Assembly (NCBI RefSeq): GCF_020745735.1
Contig: NC_083422.1
Location: 39,184,134 to 39,248,000, forward strand
Direction of reading: 5' to 3'
Length of the DNA: 63,867 nucleotides
DNA from: Hemiscyllium ocellatum
Taxonomy: Eukaryota
Positions within the stretch are counted from its first letter, which is position 1, and every line of letters starts with the position of its first letter. Below, in pieces: positions 36,578 through 48,999 of this stretch. The notes under the pieces are model-generated. The model did no database searches. It saw only the letters and a list, made by a program, of their open reading frames with translations, and was not told where the DNA came from. A program made the translations under genes and the position numbers.

Positions 36578-37717
36578 TGTAATAACTCCAGAGATCCTAT
36601 ATCCCATCACCAAGTCACATTTTATGTACATAAAATCAACCTTTGACTTTAGTACTGCTCCTTCAGAGTCAGCTCTCAGAGTGCCAGTATCTTTCACACT
36701 CCCCTTTTTTTTAGGTTTAGAATTGTTTATTGAGACTATATATCTCATTTTAAAATTGGTTCATTTGACAAAAGAAACTTTTGCAAAAATAAAATCAGGT
36801 AATCAACAATAAACCATTCAACATAACTTCATTGTATTGATCCACTCTTGTGGAGAATGATGAAAATAATTCATAGAACTCAAGAGCTATTAACATTAGC
36901 AGTTTTCAGCAATGAGTCAAACAAAAGTTTTAACTGTAAGTAAAGGGATAATACATGAAGACTTCACTTCCAGTTAGTGTTCTTAGTGATTATTGAGGCT
37001 GACTGCATTGTTCTATGGTGATATACTTGCATTTATATACAGCTTATTATGTCAAAATATTCTAAATTTCTATTTCTTAAGTGCAATGATGGATGGGTTT
37101 AGCTGTCTATATCAATGACATATCTCAAATAACAGTGAGATAAATATCCAGGTTTAAACAGAAAGGAATGGCTCTCTATTTACATTTTACTCTATTTGTC
37201 CTTTTGTCTCTTTAGTACATTTATAAAAGTATCTTTTGGTATCTCCACATTGCCAATTTTTCTCATCCTTCTCTTTCCTTCAACTTGTCTCTTCAGAAGT
37301 TTCATTTTACGGGTTATGTCCCCACCATAACATTTTGCTAATACATTCTTCCTCACTGCTTTAATAGTTTCTCTTGCTATAACCTTGCTGCCTATTGCTG
37401 CCTGGATGGCTATTTCAAAAAGTTGCTGACATATTGTGTCTTTTAAACATTCTGCTATTGCTTTACCAGTAGAATAAGCCTTTTCCCTGTGCACAATTGT
37501 TGCAAGTTCCTCCACGCACTTTCCATTTAGATAACTGTCCATTTTAATCAGATCAGCCACTTGGTATCCTGCACCTTCATAGTCAAAACTGGCATATCCT
37601 GAACACTCCCATTTTATTCTGTCGGCCCAGGCTCCCTAATTGGACCAGATTAACAGCCCCAATCAGGGAATTTGTAATTCTCGATGTCAGCTGGCTGACC
37701 TCACTACAATCACTACA
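36578..37717. mobile_element. Solo LTR (about 230 bp net of the GUF1 insert), 5 bp TSD
   Basis: Begins TGTAATAA, ends TCACTACA (TG..CA, imperfect terminal inverted repeat); GTCTG duplicated at 36573-36577 and 37718-37722; host CR1 joins cleanly across it. Confidence 0.75.
36705..37602 (-). pseudogene. GUF1: 5'-truncated processed pseudogene of GUF1 (mitochondrial EF4/LepA homolog): C-terminal coding part 37192-37602 plus 3' UTR and poly(A)
   Basis: [66 protein letters not shown]; intronless; AATAAA at 36731-36726, A8 tail 36712-36705, TSD ACACTCCC(C/A)TTTT at 36696 and 37603. Confidence 0.92.
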
Positions 37718-38987
37718 GTCTGATTTCAGTTTCCCAAGCTTTTTTTTTGTTTGCTTTTTTGTCAACTAAACTTTCAATCTCGTGTCACCCAGGTCCCCCA
37801 AATCTTGCCCTCCTCACCTTTCATCCTCGCGAGAACATGCTGGTCCTGAACTCTGATCAATTGACCTTTAAAGACTCCCATATCTCAGTCACCCCAATCT
37901 AATTTCTCCAGTTCCTAACTAATGACATATTAATTCCCCTCAATTTAGGACTTTCACCGAGGACCAGTCTTATCCTTGTCTATAACTATCTTAAAACTTA
38001 CAGAATTATGATCACTGTTGCCAAAATGGTCCCTCAGTTGCCTGGCCTCATTCAGCAATACAATGTCCCTTCCCTAGTTGGACTAGCCACAGGTTGTTTC
38101 AAGAAACCCTCTTGGGTGCACCTAACAAATTCTGCAACTATGCTCCTGGCACAATGAGAGTCCCAGCCAATACTGGGAAAGTTAAAGCACCCACTAGCAC
38201 AAGCTTGTTGCTTTTACATCTTTTCATGACCTGCCTATATATCTGTTCCTCGATCTCCCACTGGCTATTGGAAGGCCTATATTATAACACTACCAATGTG
38301 ATTGCAGTTTTATTATTCCTCAGTTCTGCCCATATGTACCCACTACATAAGCCCTCCCAGATGTCCTCTCTTAGTCCAGCTGTGATACTCTCCGTAACTA
38401 GTAATGCAACTCTCCCAACCCTTTTATATCCTTATTTATCTCACCTGGAAATGAGCTGCCAATCCTGCCCTTCTTTCAACCAAGTTTCTCTAATGACAAC
38501 AACATCGTAGTTTCAAATACTAATCCAGGCTGTAAGCTCATTAGCCATGCCTGTTATACTCCTGACATTACAATAATTACACTTCAGACCATAGTCCCAC
38601 TATGTCATTAACTGGATATTTAATGACATGATAAGTCATGATGGCTACTGAACCTCTTTGGTTTATATTTGTGTAATACCAATTTTGTGATTATGAAAAT
38701 AATTCCATAGTATTATAATAAAATAAAATGTATTTCTTTTAAAATTTATAGTAATTCAGTTCTAATGGTATGACCCAACCTTTATTTTGCTGTGTGTAAA
38801 ATTTACAAAAAGTATTTCCAGGTTTACTGCATATGAAATCTTTTCTGTGAGATTTTTTTATGTCCTGGGTGATGATACCATCATTATTTGGACATTTGAA
38901 GGTTCTATATAGTTGCTGCTAGATTCAAGCTAAGATCAAGAAAGCTGAAAACCATTCTACAGAGATCACTAGACTGAAGTTCATCTC

Positions 38988-39329
38988 CATAGAATCCCTG
39001 TAGTGTGGAAACAGACCATTTGGTCCGTCAAGTCCACATCAACTGTCCAAAGAGCATTCCACCAGACTCACCCCCTACCCTATCCTTGTAACCCTGCATT
39101 TCTCATGGCTAATCCACCTAGCTTGCACATTCCTGGACACTATGGGCAACTTAACATGGTCAGTCCACCTAACTTGCACATCTTTAAAGTGTGGGAGGAA
39201 ACTAGAGCACCCAGAGGAAACAGGGAGAATGTGCAAGCTCCAGACAGACTGTCACCTGAGTCCGGAATTGAACCCAAGTCCCTAGCGCTGTGAGGCAGCA
39301 GTGCTAACCACTGAGCCACCATGCCACCC
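38988..39329 (-). mobile_element. HE1-like SINE
   Basis: Reverse complement of GGGTGGCATGGTGGCTCAGTGGTTAGCACTGCTGCCTCACAGCG head and GGGATTCTATG tail. Confidence 0.85.
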
Positions 39330-40350
39330 TGTAGTGTTATCACACTACTGACTATAAAATCTGGGCTGCTGTCATTAGTAGTCCTGAAGCAATTGAATGC
39401 GTCAAGATAATACTTGAAATGATTAAAAACATTTTTTGGATGATTGTGTAGACACTGTAATGCTACCACTTTGAGGACTATAAGATAAAGCAATGTTGAC
39501 AAGAGGCAAACAAAAATTGGGAATATTTTTAAAGTTTTAAATAATATTTGTTATACATTACTGGACTGTAATTAACCATGTGGAAAATAGGATCTTACCT
39601 GGCTGCCATTTGATACTCAAGAGGCAAAACCACTTTTGGGAAGTGTATTTGCAATTTTAAATCTTGTTCAGAAACCACCTTATTTCCCACATTTAATGCT
39701 TGAAGTTGCACAAAGTCAAGGAAAGCAGTTGGCGTCAAACCCAAAACGCCCAACCATGACTGACACACTGACTTGGTGATGGCCTAAAATAACTACCTTT
39801 ACAGATTCTGTAACAGCTCAAAGACAGTGAAAAAGATGTGCCACATGACAGTAAGATACTTGTGTCAGCTACAGTCAAAATGACCATCAGCTTCTTCTCC
39901 CCTCCAACGTGATATGGATTTCATCAGTAGTCTCAACCAATTGCTATTGGTTTTTCTTTGATAAACAAAAGTAATAGGAATTGATCAATCATTTTCATCA
40001 ATGCAAGATATCACTAATATCACTCCTGGACACTGGGTGAAAAAGCTGGACTGAAATAAACTCAAGGTGTTCCATTCCATTAACATGAAGCTGATCAATA
40101 ACCAGGAACATTGCATCATTTACCCGCACATCAAATTTTAAAGGCAATGACACACTAAAAGATGATGAATAGATACCAAAGTCATCATCTTCATTCTTGT
40201 TTAATATTCTTTTATGAGTACCATCAAGACAACTGTTAGATAATCTTCTTCACTACAAAGGATACAAGTAACATCACGGACACAGCTCTATATCAGAAAA
40301 AGGACAAGAGGGAAAATCATTGGAAAATTGTAAACACTAGGAAAGTGGTA

Positions 40351-40569
40351 CAGGTCATTCTGCTTTAACATACGTTTTGTTAACGTGAATTTGCTGTAAT
40401 ATGATTGACAGGTTAGGGACACTGTTTCTAAAGCACAAACATTCAAAGCGTATGTTGGCTGTTACGCGCTTACATCGCCAAAACTTATAGTGCTGTTTCA
40501 AAAGCATGATTTTTCTATAATGTAGCATTGCACATGAACGTAACCATCACATTATAGAAGGACTGCCTG
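40351..40569. mobile_element. Probable Tc1/mariner (pogo/Tigger-like) MITE
   Basis: TA|CAGGTCATTCTGCTTTAAC ... ATTATAGAAGGACTGCCTG|CA: imperfect CAGG-initiated TIRs, TA on the left side. Confidence 0.45.
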
Positions 40570-40571
40570 CA

Positions 40572-40948
40572 TTGGCTAAATTGGTGGAGCTGCAGGCTGA
40601 TAAAATGCCCAGGCCCTGATAGACCTCATCCGAGGATCCAAAAAGATGTGTCAATTGAAATAGTTAATAAATTGATTTTAATTTTCTAAAGCTCCCTTGA
40701 TTTGGGGAAAGTCCTGTTGGATAGAATGACAGCAAGTGTAGCACCTATATTCAAAACAGATTGTTGATGATCATCACTCCTGGGCACCTGTTCCTGCTAT
40801 ATAATTCATTCAATAGCTTGTAACACTTTCCCTACGAAAGATGTGAAATTAACTGGCCTGTAGAAAGGAGGTAACTACAGGCCAGTTAATTTCACATCTT
40901 TCATAGGGAAAGTGTTACAAGCTATTGAATGAATTATATAGCAGGAAC
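40572..40948 (+). mobile_element. Old CR1 RT fragment containing an inverted duplication
   Basis: ADKMP.PD.LHPR-like, PIFK and GNYRPV motifs. Confidence 0.65.
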
Positions 40949-40982
40949 AGGTGCCCAGGAGTGATGATCATCAACAATCTGT
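40756..40982. repeat. Near-perfect inverted repeat, 108 bp arms, 11 bp spacer
   Basis: 40756-40863 is the reverse complement of 40875-40982 with one C/T difference seen. Confidence 0.95.
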
Positions 40983-41572
40983 CCTGGTCCACCCATGTTG
41001 ACTCACTGGTCAAGAAATTACAATTACGCCTCTACTTCCTCAGGCAGCTAAGGAAATTTGATATCCCTCAGGACCCTTACTAATTTTTATTGATGCACCA
41101 TAGAAAACATCCTGTCCAGCTATATCACAGCTTGGTATGGCAACCATTCTGTCCAAAAAACACTACAGAGAGTTATGAATACAACCCAGTCCATTACACA
41201 AGATAATCTTCCATCCATTGACTCCATCAATACCTCTCACTGCCTCAGGAACATAGCCACTATAATCAAAGGCCCCTCTAATCCAGATTATAATCTCTTC
41301 CAACCTCTTCCGTTAGGCAGAAAATGCAAAAGCTTAAACACATGAACAGCTTCTTCCCCACTGTTATTAAACCTCTAAATGTACCTCTCAAAACTTTATG
41401 TGTAACATTGATCTTGCTCTTTGTGCACTCCTTTGCACCCACAGCATTGTATTCCTCACTCTGTTCTATTATACTAATGCACTTTGTAAGGTATGATCTG
41501 CCTGCACTGTACACAAAACAAAACTTTTCAATGTACTGAAGTAGATGTGACAATAGTATTTCAAATCAAATC
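40950..41572 (+). mobile_element. Rex1/Babar-like LINE 3' fragment
   Basis: NNLSWSTHVD, RLYFLRQLRKF, LTNFY*CTIENILSSYITAWYGN (DUF1891-type C-terminal region); AAATC-repeat tail. Confidence 0.75.
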
Positions 41573-44524
41573 AGGACAGGGAGGGCGACTTCCAAAAGCA
41601 AAGGAGGGAGGGAATGCAATGCTCCCAAAGAAGACAAAGCAGCAGCAACTCACTTCAAATCCAACAAGTTGACATCTGCACTTGTTACATGCCATTGAAT
41701 CTGAAGGCACATATTTCCCATTTTTGCAAAGTTTAATTAGAACAGACAAATTATAAGTGTAATGGTTCGTGTGGATGGGGCTTTCCAGGCAGTGATGGAA
41801 GAGAGAGATGTTCCTCAAAGACAGGGTTGGTGCAGTCAATGGTGTAGGGGCTTGGGGATTGGGAAATGTGCACAGGCTGTGGTGGGAGCCATCCCACTCA
41901 TAAGGGATTAGGGTGGGTTTTCCAAGGTCCTGGTCAGCTATTCCATCTTGTGAGGAGGTTCATGGAATCCAGTTGGAATGGGTAATGGAGGATTCAGAAT
42001 CAGAGTGGTCTTGGGACCAGTAAGATGTATGGGGCAAAGAGGAGAAAAGGGCTGTGGAGAGGAATGGTTATAGGCCCATGGGTAACAGAGCAGGAGGTTT
42101 AGGGATAAGGAGGGGGAAGGAATATTTACTTAGTTGGATCCAGGATGATGGGGGGGGGGGATGTTCCTGGGTGACAGATTGAGGGCAAAGATGGTGGTAC
42201 AGGTTATGCACCATGCTTAATGTTATCTTCGTAATGTAATTTAATGTAATAAAAATGCAGTCAATCAGAAAATGCAATTCCTTGAAATGGGAGGAGAGTT
42301 GTTTTGGATGGATAAGTTAAAGGTGAGCACAATTAACTAAATGAAGTGACAGCCTAATAATGATGAGTTACGTGGTTAGGAACCATGGTCACATGTGTTC
42401 TCATCTCTATGGTCACCTTCAGAGGAGCATTGCTGTCTGGTCCATAGGTTTCATTTAAATGAGACCCCAAAAAAGAAGAAGGTGGAGGGGGAATATCCAC
42501 AATGATCGAGTGAGAGACAGGTGCATTGTGGGAGAAGCTGGAGAATGGGCGGAGAACAGTGAATGCAGGGAACTTTGCCGCCAGAGCCCAAAGTGCCATT
42601 GTTGATTTTAAATAGATTGAACTTAGGCTTCATCTAGCTGGGAGTGCAAATGTCCATCTGGATCCCCAGTATTTGTTGCACCTATATAATCCCAGTAACT
42701 GTAGACACAGGAACATTTGTTTTTTAAATTGCAGGAGATGAGCACTGTGTGCACATGTAACCATTCATACATTCCACTCTGAGAATTCCAACCAAATAAA
42801 CAAACCAGGAGTCCAAACAGCATTCCACATTCTGAGATCGAGAATTGAAATGCAGCTGAAACTAACCTGTATTATTCATCATAAAATAACACTTCTTTGT
42901 ATCTCACTATTGCCTCAGTATACCATTGTTCCAGAAGATCCTTTGAAAGATTCACTAAATTCATTAGTTGTTGTGTCATTGTCAAACCTCTTTGAGATAA
43001 ATCCACATTTTTATTCGATTTGAACAAGCATATAACAACTGTGGAGATCTTCTTCCATCCCCGCTCCAGTATTTGAACAATTCCACCGTGTATTAAATAA
43101 TATAGTGGAAGTTTTAACATCCTCAAAGGTCATTAGTTTCTGATAAAGTTGCTGTTATGACTGTATGCTCAGTCTGTGGATCCAATAAGTATTAAGTCAA
43201 TATTTGCTTATCAACTGACCTTTATTCCTATTTTTATTCTTACTTTGAAGGTCATGCCTTCAATATTAGCTTCAAAAAATTGTTCCATTCCTTCACAGTT
43301 TTCCATGATATTTTCTCTCAGTTCATGTAGTATTCTGTAATAGCCATTTGAAAATGCAAAGAATACAAATGACTAATGGAATGCTTTATAACTTATCCTC
43401 TTGAAAGCTATGCAACCTTTTGATCAGAACATTGACTTTTTGGCATTTTTACACCTTTGCTATTTCATTTTGCTGCTAGTTTCCTCCCTTTGCTAAACAT
43501 TTCAAAATTCATTTCATAGCTGGAATGAGAACAGTTCTCTATAAGCCAGCATTTTCCATTTCTTGCCATCTTTGCACCTGTTACTTTCCTCATCGTACTG
43601 ATCGTCATGATAACTGACATAATTGGACTTGGTCCTCATTTCACTGGAAACCCAACAGTCATCCAACATGGTACTGGCACTAAGACATTTATTTTGTGTC
43701 CCAACCATTTGTATTACATTACCACAAAGCAAATTACTCCTAACTTCAATTTTTTTGTCTGACACTTGCTGCCCTGTTCATGTTCTTTGGCTTATACTCC
43801 AAATTAATTATAATTATTAGTTAACTCCAACCTGTATTCCCTCCCTCAGGTTTTGCAATAAAAGCCTTACTCACCTCTTCTGAAAGGTTCATTAATCAGT
43901 ACATTTTGCCAATACTCCCTCAAAAAGTACCTTGAAACTAGACAGGTTACATTATTCCAGCGTTCATTACCTTGGTAACATCAAATAAATGACCTTATTC
44001 AGAACAATGAGGAACCACATTTGGACTGAATTTGCTCTTAGAATAACACTGAGGGTTTTGTGTGCCTGTTATTTATGGATAAATGTTACAGGAGCTTTAG
44101 ACAAGGCAAAGATGTTTGGCTAAAAGCAAGTATTGTTCTATGAGTTGCACTGCTGCAGTGTAAACCTCAGGTAAATGTTTTCATCACTATTGAAAAAGCT
44201 TGAATCTCCTGAAGGAAATATATTTGCATGAATGAAATCCCCCTCAGAGATAATGAACGTGAAAGTTCCTTGTTAATATGATAATTGGTAATAACTGCCA
44301 ACAAGTTTTGAAATTTATTGAGATGAATTTGTCATTCCGTTTCTTTCTGTATTTGATTTGACTGAAATCATCCTTGTCTTTCACTTCCTTTTCTATCAGT
44401 CTTACTGATATCGAGTTGATTGCCCTGTTCACACAATTCAAATCCCAGATGCCCTGTGATCTTTGTTGAGCTGCTTTCAGTCATGTGTCAACTTTGAAGC
44501 TGACAAGGCAAGCTACTGTGTAAA

Positions 44525-44622
44525 AGGTAAAAACAAGGACTGCAGATGCTGGAACTCAGAGTCTAGATTAAAGTGGTGCTGGAAAAGCATAGCAGGTCAG
44601 GCAATATCCTAGGAGCAGGAGG
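44525..44622. mobile_element. Fragment of the fold-back/Penelope-derived family
   Basis: AGGACTGCAGATGCTGGA..GTGGTGCTGGAAAAGCATAGCAGGTCAGGCA..GGAGCAGGA. Confidence 0.65.
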
Positions 44623-45339
44623 AGGAGGAGGAGGACTGTGCCTAACTGTTGACACCCTCAGTTAGATGCCACAACAAAATTTGAGACATAATAAACAGAA
44701 TCTTCCCAGCCCTGGAACAGCACGGGCAATGATTGGTATATTGGGAAAATATGATGAGATTGTAAAACATGATACTTGTCATGAGTCCGGATTTCTAGGT
44801 TTTAAAAGGGTGATGGGAATCTTGCTAACGAGAGGCAAGATGCTTACTATCTCTGTGAAGCAAGCCACAACTCACAAAGGCAATCCAAAATCTGATAGAC
44901 TTTTGAAGGCTTGGAGCTGAATTCCTTTCACATTCAAATATAATTATTTGACAATATGCTCTTGCATGCAATGCTGCCTTTCTAGGGTGGTGTGAGGGAT
45001 GGGGATGGGAGGACAAAGTTTTAGTAATCCTCCCAGACTTACAACATCCTAAAGCATTGGGTGACATGGTTTGTGCTGCATAGATTGGAATAAGATCTGT
45101 AATGTCGAAGGTCCATGTACAGACATTTTATGGCCCTCGTTATCAGAGTCTTCCATGTCCCACTGCATTGAGAATTGTATGAAATGGGCATTTGTATATG
45201 ATGTGAAAGCTGACTGCTCACATTACTGAGGATCTGTACTGTTTCTGATATTCCCTGCATTGGTTCAGTGGAACTGCTACTAACAGATCCAGCAACTGCA
45301 AGTGTCATTGTGACTCTGACTACTGTGCAATGAAGGTCG

Positions 45340-45530
45340 TAGAGTCACAGAGTTGTACAGCACTGAAACAGATCCTTCAGTCCAACTCATCCATGCTGAC
45401 CAGATATCCTAAACTCATCTAATTTCATTGCCAGAATTTGATCCATATCCCTATAAATCCTCCCTATCCATGTATCCATCCAGATGGCTTTTAAGTGTTG
45501 TAATTTTTCTACATCCACCACCTCTTCCAC
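45340..45530 (-). mobile_element. CR1 3' end fragment
   Basis: Homologous to 34783-34975. Confidence 0.7.
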
Positions 45531-45769
45531 AGAGGAATTGGGCAGGAAGAAATATCTCAGCAAACCCAAGACCAGCAAAAATCTCCAGAAGCCTCCATGT
45601 GAAGATGTCACAGCTGAAGATTCCCTCAGGATGCAAGGAGGTACAGGAGGCCCAGAGGCTATCATCCACTCTGACATTTCCACCAGGTGAGTGAGTGCAT
45701 TGTGTGGATGTCCTGGGACACCGTCACAGAGCCAGGAGCTGAAGCAGGACTTGCTGCCTGACAGTGTTG

Positions 45770-46450
45770 ATGGCCATCTTATCCCAGTGGTTGTCAAGGT
45801 GACAGCTGTGATTACCTGACTACCTGATTCCAAGGATCCACTGGGAAACTGTTGGATCTCAATCATCAACCCAGCCTGTTACTGATGCAATTTGTATACA
45901 ATCATACCATTTCATCTAGTTTCCCTGTGATAAGATCGGTGCTGCAGCCTGGGCAGTAGACTGTCCCCAGAGCTGGCAGCCTCCCAGGTACAAGATGGTA
46001 TGGACAGTACACACGTCATGTTGAGAGTACCAAATCATAACACAACTGAATTCATCAAAAGAAGACAGTTCCATTCCATCAATGTATTGACGATTTGTGA
46101 TCATCAGGATCCAATCCAAGAAGCCTGAGCCAGGCACATTGAAAGCTACCATGATGCTTACATCCTAAGGACTCTTGGGTTCCTGCTGCATTTCAAGGGC
46201 TGGATGCTTTGCAAGGATGGTTACTGGGAGACAATGACTACTCTCTGTAACCTTGGCTGATGGTTCCATTACATAACCAGATAACCCAAGGCTGACTGTA
46301 CACACAATGCTATCCATTCTTCCATAATGGAGCAGATGATAGGCCTCCTTAAGATGAGTTTCTGATGCTCTGATCAGTTTTGCGAAGCCTTGCAGTACAT
46401 GTCAGATAGAGTGTGCTACATGACCATGGCATGCTGTGCTCTGCAGGCAG
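45770..46450 (+). pseudogene. Decayed PIF/Harbinger (HARBI1-like) DDE transposase
   Basis: IPVVVKVTAV; FIKRRQFHSINVLTICDHQ (NRKGFHSINVQ..CD-like); SYHDAYILR; GWLLGDNDYSL..WLM (GD.GYPL..WLM-like); stops and frameshifts. Confidence 0.7.
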
Positions 46451-46904
46451 GCAAAGACAGGAGCTCATGGTTACTGAAAAGCTGGGAGAGTGGCAGGACA
46501 TTGAGCAGGAGGAACAATAACTTCACCATGCTAAAGCACAATGGCATCAGGTCAAAAATCCAGACAGGACATCATTAACACCTGCTTCCAATACATGTGA
46601 GCTCTATAAAGTCAAGATTCATTGATTGTAAATTTGTTGTTGGTCAAAAGACAAGTGATCCCTGGTTAATCCCAGAAGCAAGTACAGCTATTTTTTTGTC
46701 TTTCTTTTTCTGTTGTAAAACATTCACAGTAACAACTGTCTAAATGTTTTCCATCATGTGATGTTACTGTATTCAACAATGGTAATTCAACAATTCAACT
46801 CTGCTGGGTTTTAAGGAAAGAGACGCATTCCCTTAGACAGAGTTCTAGCATGTTGTGGTGCTCAGGAAAGGTAGCTTCATGGTTGTAGCTGCAGCTTCAC
46901 ATAA

Positions 46905-47680
46905 ATACAGGAAATAGGAGCAAGAGCCAGTCAGCTCTTCAAGCCTGCTCCATCATTCAATGTGATCATGGTTGATCATCCTAGTCAGCATCCTGTTCCT
47001 ATTTTTGCCACATACCTTTTAATTCTTTAGCCCTCAGAGAAATATCTTTGTCCTTATTAAATGTTTTGGCCTCACCCATTTTCAGTGACAGAGAATTCCA
47101 CAGACTCACAACTCTCGGGGGAAGAAATACCTCCTTATCTTAGTCCTAAATGGTATTCCCCACATCCTTACACTGTGACCCGTTGTTCTAGACTCCCTGG
47201 TCATTGAGAACATCCTTTCTGCACTTACAATATCTCATCCTGTTAGAATTTTATTTGTTTCTATGAAATCTCTCCTTGTTCTTCTCAACTCCAGTGAATA
47301 TGGTCCTAACTGATCCAATCTCTCTTCATACGTCAGTCCCAGGAATCAGACTAGTAAACTTCATTGCACTCCCTCCATAATCAGAACATCCTACTTCAGA
47401 TAAGGAGACCAAATCTGCACACAATACTCCAGATGTGGTCTCACTAAGTCACTGTACAACTACAGAAAGACGTCCTTGCTCCTGTACTCAAACCCTCTCA
47501 CTATGAAGGCCAACACACCATTTGCCTTCTTCACCGCCCACCTCATCTGCATGCTTACTTTTAGTGACTGGTGATAATAGATACCCAGTTCTTATTGCAC
47601 ATCCCCCTTTCCCAGTGTATCACCATTCAGAAAATGATCCACCTTTCTGTTTTTGCTATCAAAGTGGATAACCTCACGCT
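46905..47680 (-). mobile_element. CR1 LINE 3' fragment, continues at about 48020-48080 beyond a SINE
   Basis: Homologous to 32975-33840. Confidence 0.8.
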
Positions 47681-47698
47681 AACCCTAACATTAGCATG

Positions 47699-48015
47699 TG
47701 GGTGGCACGATGGCACAATGGTTAGCACTGCTGCCTCACAGCGCCAGAGACCCGGCTTCGATTCCCAGCTCGGGCTCCTGTCTGTATGGAATTTGTACAT
47801 TCTCCCCCTGTCTGCGTGGGTTTCCTCTGGATGCTCCAGTTTCCTCCCCAGTCCTAAAATGTGCAGGTTAGATGAATTAGCCATGCAAAATTGCCTGTAG
47901 TGAGAGGTGAAGGGTTAAATGTAGGGGAATGGGTCTGGGTGGGTTGCTCTTCGGAGGGTCAGTGTGGACTTGTTGGGCCGAAGGGCCTGTTTCCACATTG
48001 TAAATAATCTAATCT
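47699..48015 (+). mobile_element. HE1-like SINE
   Basis: GTGGGTGGCACGATGGCACAATGGTTAGCACTGCTGCCTCACAGCG head, AATCT tail. Confidence 0.85.
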
Positions 48016-48999
48016 AAAAAACTCACATTCTGGTTCATGCCAAGCATTTGCCCACTCATTCAATTTGTCCAAATCACAAAGGTGGTCAGACAGGCGGTTA
48101 TGTAAAATGCCAATATATTTACTTAGTGAGAACCCATTTCCAATTAACTGCCCGCTGTGCCACCTACATTCCATCAGAAGCTTTTCTTTTTCATTTATTT
48201 TCTACACAAGGGCTATTCCTGGCCGGCTTCAATTGACCTGATGCACAGATGGGCATTAAATATGGTGCCACTGGCATGAATCCATGAAGGTCCTGGCAAC
48301 AGTGAATCCTTCTATTGGTGGTGAAGGCACATTAGCACGCGTGTGTTCTATTGTAGCATGATGCTTACAGAATGAGCTGAGCAATGGAGAATTGTGTGAG
48401 ACAATGCACTCAAGCTTAGTGAGAGAAACCGTCGCAATCTCCTCAAAACTGACACTAAAAGCTGATGTTTGGTAAAATTCACCCTAATGTCTTTCAATAA
48501 AATTAGAAAAATAAATTGATGCTTTTGAAGTAGCAGAATTTTAAAAGCCTATTATATATCTACATATATAGTTGTACAAGATAATTGTACAAGAATCAAT
48601 TAACTGAATCACACTAACTGGAAAATTAGTCATTCTTGTTTCTCAACATTCTTCAGTGGATTTCTCATGCGGTAAGCAAACCACACGAAGTATTTTGGTG
48701 TTCCATTTAACCATTTGACTGCCAGGTCTGCTTGCAATATCTTTTGAAGAGAGATTGAGCCTGAGAAATGGTGATCCTCAGGTATAAATCACCACCAGAC
48801 ATCCTCTGGAATAATGGCAACTTTAGTTACTTCTTTCAAAATTCAAACCCTTTCTGTAAAATAAATCAAACCATTAAACCTTTCAATAAGTTACTGCTAT
48901 TATTTCCCTTTGTGTTTCACCACTTTTTTACGATCCAAAATACATTATCTGAAAAGCCAACAGCCACAAACTGGGAAGGCGGTGCCTTGCTGTATCATT

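Larger units (their letters stand above)
34070..38590 (-). mobile_element. Composite old CR1 LINE(s) hosting several younger insertions
   Basis: Minus-strand CR1 motifs (KSPRPDGIY, DNPGSFRPVSLISV, YKSWQVMLQ); sequence is continuous across inserts at 34457, 36294 and 36578. Confidence 0.75.

Noticed and set aside
37192-37560. Bacterial lepA by horizontal transfer or contamination
   Set aside because: Sequence follows the vertebrate GUF1 pattern and has a 3' UTR, AATAAA, A-tail and TSD within host repeats
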